Positions 28,946 through 39,000 of a DNA stretch of 64,000 bases are shown here, one piece after another. The notes beneath the pieces were generated by a model. It was not told where the DNA came from and did no database searches. It saw only the letters and a list, made by a program, of their open reading frames with translations. Location: positions 64,001-128,000 of IMG/VR virus record IMGVR_UViG_3300032093_000021; one strand, written 5' to 3'. The stretch comes from a virus. The position numbers and the translations under genes are program-made. Position 1 is the stretch's first letter; the number at the start of each line of letters is the position of its first letter.

Positions 28946-31900
28946 CTAAGTATTATTATATGACCTATTAATTGTTGCACCATTACTAAATTTTATCTTA
29001 AATTGAACTCCAGGTTTATCATATGAATCTACCGCAACTTGAGCTTCTGGTTTAGTGGGATCACAAAAGTTAATGTCAGTATCCCATATTATTGATGTTT
29101 GGCTATTTGGTATGACTCCGAGTTCACATTTTTTATCATCTCCTGAACATCCGAAACCATCAAAAGATTTAGATAAGATAGTTACACCATTTGCACAAGT
29201 AGTGTTAAATTTAGTCAAAGATAAGGTTCCTATTTTAGTGTCTGTACCTCCACTACTTATTATGACATCTGCACTAACGTTATTAGATAATTTCAATGTC
29301 CTATTAGTATTACCTCCCGGTGTTTTTGCCTCAGCCGTGAATATCAATTCATAATAAACATCTGAACCATTTAATCCTACCTTTCCAACACCTAGTTGAC
29401 TAATAACAAAGTTATCATCAAATTCAGGTACACCATTTGGTGTAGGACTTGGTGTAGGACTTGGAGTTGAGCTTGGTTTAGGTGTTGAATATATATTTAG
29501 TGTTCTAGCTAATTTGTCCGCATCTTTCACTTTAGATAATAGCTGATCATACAAACTTTTATTGTTCTTCTTGAAGTCATCATAAAAAGCGTCCGGTTTT
29601 GGATCCTTATTCCAATTTAATATCCAAAGTTTTAGATAAGATTCGGGATTCGTCAAATCTACTTGCTTAGTAAAATGACTCCATCTTGCAGATGTCAACA
29701 AAATCATATTTTTTGAATTTTCAAATGAAGCATATGGTATACTTTTCTTTTCATTTGCAGGAATCTGACAAGCATATTGGTTTTTAATTAATTTGGATGA
29801 ACTTTCCCCATAATAGATTCCCAACTCAACACCCGAAAAATTGTTATTAAAGGAACCAAAGTTACCACTTTTATCCCAAGAATATAAATAAATGGTGATG
29901 AATGTCATGATTCTTTTCTTTTGTGCCTCGTCATCATTTCCTGGAACCTCACTGATAATTTCTTTTGCCATATCACTTGAGTTCTTGACAGCTTGCGTAT
30001 CCTGTGTTGTGATCGTATAATTAGAATATTTAGAATTCAATAATTTTTTACAATCATCTTTTGGATCCAGTGTTTGTCCCCAAGATACGTTATACTCTAC
30101 ATATGAAGTTGACGCGGTTGACGCACTAGATGATTGTGTCGTTTTAACTTCTTTTCTTTGGAGTTTTTCTTTCAAGGATAGGTATAATTGCTTATACATA
30201 GCTTGTAGATAATTTTTGATTTCAGGGTAACTGAACATTTGTTGTCTGGTACCTTTGAAATCAGTATTGAATGATCCCGGACTTATTTTGTGACTTACTT
30301 CTGTTATCCAATATGGTCCCGTGAACATAGGAACGTGTTTCAAGTTAAAATACATCTCAGGTTGAATCATAGCATTACCCATAGAACTTACTGAACACGT
30401 ATAAGCTCTTTTTGAATATAGGTCCCATAAGGAAACATTCTGTGAAGAAAAATCACCTCCGGAATATTTTTTTATCAATCTTTCGTTTGCTAGAACAGAT
30501 TCTAAAGTTTCTTTACCGGCATCCTGTCCAACACTGATACTTTTGAAAATATTCTGATTTCTTATTCCTACATCAACATTGAACGCCACAACTTTGTTTG
30601 ATAAAGCCCAATCTTTTTTATTTATCAAATCATCCAAAAGCGGAATCTCTGAAACTCTCCTAAACTCAAAAGCGTCCGACTTAAATCCAACTTCTTTATT
30701 TTTGTTCATATCCAAATGTTCACCGGGAATTGTTCTAAGAATACACACCATTTTAGGCGATGTCTTTCTCAAATCAACATTCAAAAATGTTCCAAATATT
30801 TCATTACCAAACTCTAAAGTCCCCTCTATTTTTGGTACTGCATCTTTTTGTACCTCACTAACACCATAGAAGTTTGCATAGGAGGATCTCATTGAAACAT
30901 TGAAATTATGTTTTTCTAGGAGAGATGATAATATCCCCCAAATAGTTACAGATTGATTAGATACAAAATCATTTATTACTTTTACTTTTATTACATCAAA
31001 GAAATGCTTGTCCCCTATATTCCTATTCGCCCTATCAAGTATTAAAACATCCTCCATGAGACATTTTTGGTTGAAATCAAATCCCGCAATCCACCTATCA
31101 TTCAAAGCTTTAAAACTATCCCACAAGCTTAATGGTAAAACTTCACTATTGATTGCCTGAGTTTTTAAAAAATCTTCTTTTGATTCAACCACATTTGGAA
31201 GATCGTTTTGTAAATTTTTGAAAACAAAATTTATTGTTAGATCCAAAAAGTTTTGTGTTCTTGTTATATATCCATTCAAATCGTTTGTGAAAGTTGACCA
31301 ATTATAAGCCGGATTATTCTTCTTTTTGGTTGCATATATTTTTATTAATGGTGCAAGACTTTGAACACTATCTTCGTTGAAGACAATATTTCCATCAATG
31401 AAAAAATCAGTTATATATGATCCTTGATTTGAATACCTCAGACCATCAACATTTGAAAACCCTACGTATAATTCAAGTAATTTCCAAGTTTCGGGGTAAG
31501 CCGCTCTTGATTGTTGTAAAGTTGTCCCCCCGGGAGTTGGGAGAGATCCTGATACGTAAGCGTTAAATGTGTAGGGTTCTTCAATTGCATTCACAGTTGA
31601 AAAACTATCAAACAATCTTCTATCATAACCTCCGGGATTACCAATTTTCATTATCTCATCGTATTCTAAAAATTGTTTGATGTTCGTAATAAATTTAGTG
31701 AATTGTGATTTCTGTATGTCACTAACGAATTGTTTTGATGTACTTGTTACAGGGGTATCAATTTTCAGTAGTTCTACCATCATCATTTGGAAATTCTTAA
31801 ATTTCCCACTTGCATTTATACTTAATTTTGTAATATCTATAACACTAATTGTAGTATCACCAGAATTAATAATTTGAACATCATACATTGATCTTGTATA

Positions 31901-34900
31901 ATCTAAAAACTCTTGTTCTAATTTATCTAAAACTTTTATATCAAATACAGAAAATATTTCTTCTATTGATGTGTAATCATCTTGTTTATTAAGTGAAAAG
32001 GATTCTTGAATTGGCTCATTAAAGAATATACTTTTCATATATGAGGTAGGTTTAGGTATATCTACTTGACTGTTGTCAAAATACCCGTAGTTAGGTAATC
32101 CCCAAAGTGTTCTAATAGAACCATTGTATACCGCCGGATTATCTTTAACATTAACCTTCATTTTATTTTTATCGTCAAAACATTCAAACTGAGTTTGATT
32201 TATATTTGAACCGAAAGATGGTACAACATATCTCACATTTCCCTCTTTATCAAATAAAGTCGTTGACCATGTTCTAAATCTCAAAGATTCTTTCGGGTTT
32301 GAAGGGTTATACTTTTCTAATTTGTTGAATGAAGAACTATCTGTAAATTTTATTTCTATAGAATCCCCAGTTGCATTTACGAATTCTTGAATCTCATTAC
32401 TTGTATAATCAGAAAATAAACCGAAACCTCTACAAAAAATATTAAAGTCATTAATTACTTTTGGATAAAAACCAACATTATATTCTTGTACAACATCCGA
32501 TAGTATAGTTGTTGTTTTATCAAGTGCAATTGTTTGTTGAACACCATCCAAATCTAAAACGTATTCTTTCTGTGGATTTTTGGTTATTGGATCATAGTTT
32601 TGTTTTGCATCAAAATTTTTCCAAATATTTTCCAATATATCAACACCATCCTTTTTCCATACCTTATACCTATGCCAAATACTACCATATCTCAATATCC
32701 AAGCATATGGAACTCTATGAATACCTCCAAACTTTTTAATACTTGCAAATATATAATCTAAATCAGTTGTTTGTGAATTTGAGTATGTTTTATATTTTTC
32801 TCTTAAAGTAGCCAATGGCAAACTATTCAAAAACAAATACGCAGCAGAAACATAAGGATATAAGTTACCTGATGTAAATCTATTAACACCCTCTAAAATA
32901 GCATTAGTGAAATAAGGCGTGTTTAAAATTGAAGTTGTTTGAATCTTATTGATTAAACCTGTATAATTTTTATAAAAGATTCCTCCTTCTGTTGGTATCT
33001 GATTTTTAATATTTGTTGTTCCAATTCGTCCCTCATAGAAATTTTTGAAGTTACCCCCTATAAAAGAATCTTGTGTCGGATCCGGTAAACTTAAAGTTCC
33101 ATAATAATTAAAATTTGTGATTGGTCTAATTTCTGTTTTGGTTGTATCTTTATTAAAATTAGCCAACATCTTTTTATCTTCATTGAATTTCAAAGTTTTT
33201 GTAGTATTCAATGTATTGAAAAAATCTGTTGTTTTTGAACCATCCGCTAAATTCTTTTTAAACCAATCATTAACTGCAAACGGGTATGTGTCTAAAAATT
33301 CAAAAGTATTTGATGTTGTACTGTTCAAATAATCTATTATTTGTTGTTTCTGTTTGGGTTCGGGATTTATCTTGTTGTTATTTGGATCTATAGTTGATTC
33401 TGATAAAATACTAAAATCAGTTTGAACTTCGTTTTCAATATAGTTTGTAACAAAAATGTCTCTTATGTATTTCTGCCAACTTTCTCCTAATCCCTGATTT
33501 GAAACATTCGCCAAATAAGCAATCAGGTTGGCAGAATTTAAATCATAATTTTTCAACTTTTGTATTAAAAAAGGATTGTCCGTTCCCAAAGCATTTATGA
33601 TATTAATTGTTTCAGTTTCTGCTATAATTTGAGGTAAAATTTTTGACGCATTGTCCCTACCAAATCTTTGGTAAAAAGAAGATGTAAAAACTCTTTCCCA
33701 AATTTCAAAAAGAAACTTTACCTCTTGTTTGTTTGCAAACAACCTATCTGTGACCGGAAAGTCAATTGAATTTAGTGAGATTCTATCAACATTCTGATTT
33801 GAGTTTCCTAAATCCGAAAAAGTTTCAGTGGCAGCTGAAGTTATCACTTTAGCCTTTGCCCGAATATATTCCTCAACAAATTCTACTTCAGGCCAAATTT
33901 CAGTTAGATACGCCTTGGTTTTTGATATATACTTAGGGTCTCCCGGGTATTGTAGAATATATTTTTCACCATTCTGATCATTAGTCTCAACAAAATAATG
34001 TGGCCACGGATATACCGGAATTAAGTTTTCACCATTTATGTCCACAAAATCCTTCAAATCAGGACTTGTAACTGTTTTATTCTTATCTTGAACTACACCC
34101 GCCCTTACAGGATCGTTTCTTTTTTCCCACGCCGCGGAATGTATATCACATAAAACTCTGAGGAACGCCTCTGAGTTGGCCATAAAAACGGCAATCATAT
34201 TTCTTATAGTAGGTTGAAAACCCAAACCATTATCTTTTCTTTCCAAGAAATCACTTAATTTTTTTTGAAGATCATCCTCTATTTTTTTACCCTTTATATT
34301 AGCCTGATTTAACATACTTTCAGTCACTTTGAGAAAGCTGTTAGGTAATTCGTCAAACTGAAACCAATTTGATTGAGATGATCCGATATTGAGTGAAGTA
34401 AGAATTGAACCTACATCCAATTCAAACTTATCAAATCCTGCTTTGTCATCTTGTTTAGTCTTTCCTGTTCTCTGTTGGAAAGTCTCTTCATAATCTATGT
34501 CAGGGTTAACAACACTCAAGATCTCAAAACTTATAGTATTACTAATAGGATTAGTCCCTGATGAACCAAATGTAGGATTTTCAGATAATAACTTGTTGTA
34601 TTTATCTATGTCAGATTGTAATTCTTGGACTGCTTTTATTTGATTTTTTTCTTCTCTTACTTCTTTTTTGAAGGTGTAAATTTTATTTTTAGCACCTGAA
34701 ACAATGTAGTAGTTTTGAATATCCATATATTTCCTGAAGAATGAAGTCCTTGCAGTTAACACTTTTTTTTGTAAATCTTCCAAATCTCTAACGTAATTAC
34801 TATAATCAGTCAAGGGTGACAAATCTTGTTCTGTAAAAGCATTCATTAGATTCTTTTCCAAGTTATTTAACCTTATGATAAAGTCTTGAACAGTTATTTC

Positions 34901-35776
34901 TGGGAAATCGGGTTTTATTAAATCCTTTGATTTATATTCTTGATATACTTCTTTAATTTTCTGTAACCCTCTTGTTACAGGAACTGTTTGTATTTCTTTA
35001 CTTTGAACTCCGACGTTTGAGGGTGGTGTAATTGTAAATTTACTCTCATACATAAAAGGTAGTGCAAATAGATGTTGAACGGGTAATCTTTGTAGAACAC
35101 TATATTGATATGTCTTAAACTTAGTAGTTATTTTAAAATTTCCACTTTCAGGACTATAACTTGCTGTAAAAGTTGTTAATTCAAGTTGATGTTGAACACC
35201 CTTCCCAAAATAACCTTTAACCGTCAAATAAAATATTGGATATGGATATGTGAAAAAACAAGCATAAGGCGAGTCTTCACCCTTTTCAAAAAGGGCTCTA
35301 CCTCTATAATCTTCCATATTTATGGTAACATCAAAATAACCACTTACTTTAGTATCTATTGTAATATCAGTAATACCTAATAATCCTGTATCAATATTTT
35401 TTGTTATTTGTTTTACATAACCAAGAGGATTACTATCAGGAGTTTCTTTAGTTTGGTTAGCACCATTTCCTTTTATTGTATCTAAACCCGTTATTTCATC
35501 ATAAAACTCATCTGTCAAAAATTTCTCTTTCTTGGGATTCAAAAAATTAATGGTAGCAACAGAAATCAAATTACGTCTTGTGTTGTTATCAACACCTAAC
35601 GCCAACCTTGTTCTTGGAGTTAAAGCGCATTCTAAATTTGCATAACAAACTAGATTTTCGTTAAACACTGCTCTCTCTTTGACCTGTCCTTGAGAGTTTA
35701 TAACCTTATTTGGGTCAACTAGTACAACATTTTGATAATCAAATTCAACATATATATTTTCGTTGTTATCTACCAT
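28946..35776 (-). CDS. Very large baseplate hub/tail protein
   Basis: 2276 aa, directly after the LysM wedge gene. N-terminal hub-like beta region, and a SMGNAMIQP...GPYWITEVSHKI motif typical of gp27/VgrG-type hubs. Confidence 0.6.
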   Translation of the reverse strand: MVDNNENIYVEFDYQNVVLVDPNKVINSQGQVKERAVFNENLVCYANLECALTPRTRLALGVDNNTRRNLISVATINFLNPKKEKFLTDEFYDEITGLDTIKGNGANQTKETPDSNPLGYVKQITKNIDTGLLGITDITIDTKVSGYFDVTINMEDYRGRALFEKGEDSPYACFFTYPYPIFYLTVKGYFGKGVQHQLELTTFTASYSPESGNFKITTKFKTYQYSVLQRLPVQHLFALPFMYESKFTITPPSNVGVQSKEIQTVPVTRGLQKIKEVYQEYKSKDLIKPDFPEITVQDFIIRLNNLEKNLMNAFTEQDLSPLTDYSNYVRDLEDLQKKVLTARTSFFRKYMDIQNYYIVSGAKNKIYTFKKEVREEKNQIKAVQELQSDIDKYNKLLSENPTFGSSGTNPISNTISFEILSVVNPDIDYEETFQQRTGKTKQDDKAGFDKFELDVGSILTSLNIGSSQSNWFQFDELPNSFLKVTESMLNQANIKGKKIEDDLQKKLSDFLERKDNGLGFQPTIRNMIAVFMANSEAFLRVLCDIHSAAWEKRNDPVRAGVVQDKNKTVTSPDLKDFVDINGENLIPVYPWPHYFVETNDQNGEKYILQYPGDPKYISKTKAYLTEIWPEVEFVEEYIRAKAKVITSAATETFSDLGNSNQNVDRISLNSIDFPVTDRLFANKQEVKFLFEIWERVFTSSFYQRFGRDNASKILPQIIAETETINIINALGTDNPFLIQKLKNYDLNSANLIAYLANVSNQGLGESWQKYIRDIFVTNYIENEVQTDFSILSESTIDPNNNKINPEPKQKQQIIDYLNSTTSNTFEFLDTYPFAVNDWFKKNLADGSKTTDFFNTLNTTKTLKFNEDKKMLANFNKDTTKTEIRPITNFNYYGTLSLPDPTQDSFIGGNFKNFYEGRIGTTNIKNQIPTEGGIFYKNYTGLINKIQTTSILNTPYFTNAILEGVNRFTSGNLYPYVSAAYLFLNSLPLATLREKYKTYSNSQTTDLDYIFASIKKFGGIHRVPYAWILRYGSIWHRYKVWKKDGVDILENIWKNFDAKQNYDPITKNPQKEYVLDLDGVQQTIALDKTTTILSDVVQEYNVGFYPKVINDFNIFCRGFGLFSDYTSNEIQEFVNATGDSIEIKFTDSSSFNKLEKYNPSNPKESLRFRTWSTTLFDKEGNVRYVVPSFGSNINQTQFECFDDKNKMKVNVKDNPAVYNGSIRTLWGLPNYGYFDNSQVDIPKPTSYMKSIFFNEPIQESFSLNKQDDYTSIEEIFSVFDIKVLDKLEQEFLDYTRSMYDVQIINSGDTTISVIDITKLSINASGKFKNFQMMMVELLKIDTPVTSTSKQFVSDIQKSQFTKFITNIKQFLEYDEIMKIGNPGGYDRRLFDSFSTVNAIEEPYTFNAYVSGSLPTPGGTTLQQSRAAYPETWKLLELYVGFSNVDGLRYSNQGSYITDFFIDGNIVFNEDSVQSLAPLIKIYATKKKNNPAYNWSTFTNDLNGYITRTQNFLDLTINFVFKNLQNDLPNVVESKEDFLKTQAINSEVLPLSLWDSFKALNDRWIAGFDFNQKCLMEDVLILDRANRNIGDKHFFDVIKVKVINDFVSNQSVTIWGILSSLLEKHNFNVSMRSSYANFYGVSEVQKDAVPKIEGTLEFGNEIFGTFLNVDLRKTSPKMVCILRTIPGEHLDMNKNKEVGFKSDAFEFRRVSEIPLLDDLINKKDWALSNKVVAFNVDVGIRNQNIFKSISVGQDAGKETLESVLANERLIKKYSGGDFSSQNVSLWDLYSKRAYTCSVSSMGNAMIQPEMYFNLKHVPMFTGPYWITEVSHKISPGSFNTDFKGTRQQMFSYPEIKNYLQAMYKQLYLSLKEKLQRKEVKTTQSSSASTASTSYVEYNVSWGQTLDPKDDCKKLLNSKYSNYTITTQDTQAVKNSSDMAKEIISEVPGNDDEAQKKRIMTFITIYLYSWDKSGNFGSFNNNFSGVELGIYYGESSSKLIKNQYACQIPANEKKSIPYASFENSKNMILLTSARWSHFTKQVDLTNPESYLKLWILNWNKDPKPDAFYDDFKKNNKSLYDQLLSKVKDADKLARTLNIYSTPKPSSTPSPTPSPTPNGVPEFDDNFVISQLGVGKVGLNGSDVYYELIFTAEAKTPGGNTNRTLKLSNNVSADVIISSGGTDTKIGTLSLTKFNTTCANGVTILSKSFDGFGCSGDDKKCELGVIPNSQTSIIWDTDINFCDPTKPEAQVAVDSYDKPGVQFKIKFSNGATINRSYNNT

Positions 35777-36089
35777 AATAAAAGAAGTGGTTGTTTAGTT
35801 CTGCCTCATAATCTTGTACTGAGGCGATAAGTGGAAAAGGTATAACTAACAATCCTCTATCAGGAATATTCCATTCCAAACCTCCATATTGTGGATTTGC
35901 CGCTAAAATTAACCATCCAAAAAGTGGAGACCCATAAAATTCTTGACTTATTTTATCTAATCTACTCACATTGGTTCTATAAATATAATTTTTGTCCGAT
36001 GTTTTAGACGGAATCTTAACATATGGTACAACAGTTTGTTTACCATTAATTAAAAAGTTATTATACCTGTTAAAATATAAGTTGGACAT
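35766..36089 (-). CDS. LysM-like baseplate wedge protein (gp53 / P2 gpX-like)
   Basis: SRLDKISQEFYGSPLFGWLILAANP...LLVIP. Confidence 0.8.
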   Translation of the reverse strand: MSNLYFNRYNNFLINGKQTVVPYVKIPSKTSDKNYIYRTNVSRLDKISQEFYGSPLFGWLILAANPQYGGLEWNIPDRGLLVIPFPLIASVQDYEAELNNHFFYYGR

Positions 36090-39000
36090 TATAAAAATAT
36101 AGTTTTACCATTAAATGTTTTTTTATTGTTATTTGAGTTTCCTTTTTTGTAAATATTTTTCAATCTATCTTTGTCAGTATTATTACCTTCTTCCGACTCA
36201 TTATATGTGAACTTTCTTTCTTTACCTTTAACAAATACGTTCCATGTTTTATAACTACTTTTATCCCATTTATCTTTCAATTCGTTAAATTTTTTATCTT
36301 GATTTTCTTTTTGTGTTTTGTAATCGTCATATAAGTCGTTTACCCCGATTTTCATTTGTTCACCCAATTCTTGTCCATTTTCGGATAATTGGTCTCCGGG
36401 TAAATCTAAGTCACTTATCAGTTTGTTTCTTGAATTGTCATTAATTATTATATTTGACATCAATACATAAAATTTTCTATCAATAACAGTATCTAATGTA
36501 TTACCATCCAAATCCACATCAGTATTTTCTTCAACATAATCTACTTCATAATTAATGAACTTATTGTCTTTTGTTAGGTTATAAAACTCCAACAACTTTT
36601 CAGATGCTTTTTTGTAATCACTTTTCAATTCATCTAAGGTATTAGGAAACTCATTGTTGAATGTTTCACTGGTTGATTTAATTTTAAACACTTTAACTTC
36701 TTGACTAGGCGTTATATACCCATCCTTTTCGGTGATTACAAAATCTAATTTACTAAATATTATGACTAAGTTTTGTTGTATTTGAACAAGTGTTTGACTC
36801 AATGTTTCTATAGCACTTGATTTGGAAAGATATTCATCTTCTACAGCTCTTATTAATCTATTTTCCACTTTTTTTAAATCCGTATTTTTAAATCTAAAAG
36901 GATCTAATCTTGTCATTAAGAAGACACTTCTGTCTTTTATTCCTCTAACAACATCATCTTTAATTTCTTTTAATCTTGATTGAAAGTCATTTGATTTACC
37001 CAAAATGTTCATTGAGAATGGTCCTACAAATTCAGAGGTTTTACCATCTGAATAATTATTTTTTTGAGTGAATGTTTGTAATATTTGATTGTTATAGTTT
37101 TTACTTAATTCTTCAAACTTATTCATTACAGTGTTCAGATATTCTTGTCCTGTATCATACAAAGAATCCATTATTTTTTTATATGATGTATCCCCTGTAG
37201 TTCCTGAGGATTCAGTTGTAACTCTTGTTAAAATTGTTCCTATAGTATCTCCACCTTGATTCTGTAAATTATTTTGTTTATCAAGTGTGGTTGGTGGATC
37301 AACTTGACTAAAAAGTTCCTCTATTAATTTCTCATCTACTTGTTTGAAAGAATCATCCGTCCATTCAGCTCTTTCATCGTAAACTTCAGTGTTCGCATAA
37401 TAATTGAATGATAAAGCATTTTGTAGTTGTTGAATTGGTTCTTTCAATCCCATACCACCAACAATCGTAAAATTCATTTGAACTTTTACAATCATAGGTT
37501 GTACTCCAATACCCTCCGGATTCAAATCATATTGTATACCTCCCCCTTCTTCGTAAGAGAAACTTACATCACCAGGTATTATTTTAGTATGAAAAAAATC
37601 ACCAATTCTTAGAATTAAGACCGGAGGAGCTCCAAATGCGGTATTGACTGCGTTGTTATATTTAGGTCTTCCATTTATATCTATTACAGGTATTGTGTCT
37701 CCCGGTCTTGTACATTGATGTAAAAAAGTTAATCTTGAATTCAATCCTTCTGGAGTCATTGAATGAAAAGCAGGGTTGAAATACTTGATTTTTTGTTTCA
37801 TTGAATCGTAAACAAACGGATCCGTCTCTTTGATCAACTCAAAATAATCACATTCTGTTAATAAACTTCTCAGTATTCTTTTACCAATCCCCTCTTTAAA
37901 TTTTTCTTCTATTGTTACTGTGGCGGGTTTTGCGGGTAATGGTATAAGATCAGTTCTTGTCTCAGGTGTATCTCTTGTAATGGAACCTTTTTTTGTTTCC
38001 GTTCTCGGTTGTGCTTTTTCAAAATCTATTGATTTAATTGAAACTCTCCTACATGCCATTGCCGATAGTGAATATAACCTATCATTCAAGTGAGTTGGTG
38101 TTTCACCACTACATGTTATATTTACATTTTGTATATTTTGTCCTTTTGTTTTTATTGTGGGTATCTGAATTTCTTCACCTTTAGGTGTTAAAGTTATAAC
38201 AATAGAACTTGTAAAATCAGGAAATAAACTATCCAAATATGCCTTTACCGAATTAGCTCTCCTTTGTGATAAGCTATAGTTATAGTCCACGGATGCTGGT
38301 GCTGAAGCACTTGCAATCAATTCTATAGTTATTCTAGGTTTAACTGAAGAATTTTCTTTAGGGAAAGTTTCAAAGTATTGTTTTATTTTATCTACCAAAT
38401 CTTTATTGATGAGGTCGTAATTATAAACGACAGTTTGTTCAATAAATGTTTTAGCCGTGGTGTTTCCCAAATAATCAGAATTACTTATATAAGAATCATA
38501 TAAGTTCTTGAAATTCTCATTATCACCTTTAGGTATATCATTTGCAAAATAGAAACCAATATCCAAACATGTAGAAAAATCAAATGAAGGTGCGGGAATA
38601 GTTACTTTCTCCTCAGTTGGGATTGTTTTAACAACATTTTCTGTTTTAATTAATTCCTTATATTCATCAGATTTAGCTTGAACTATTTTTTTCTGTAAAT
38701 CAACCAATTGACTTCTACTTAAAGTGTTCCATCTTTTAGCCAATTCATATATATCATATTTGAGACAACCCGCTATGAATGAATCAACAATTTCATTAAC
38801 ACTGGTTGTTTGTTGGTTCGCAAGTTCCTTGTTTACTATCAAATTCAAAATTGATGGGTGGTCAACAATTATTTTAAATGATAAAGATCCACTTCTTGTT
38901 GTATCTTTATAAGCAAAAATTGGTTCTGGTCTTCCCAAAAAACTAGTTGAAGCAAATGAAGGTTTTGAACTCTCGTTGAAAGTTAACCCATAGGGTGGAA

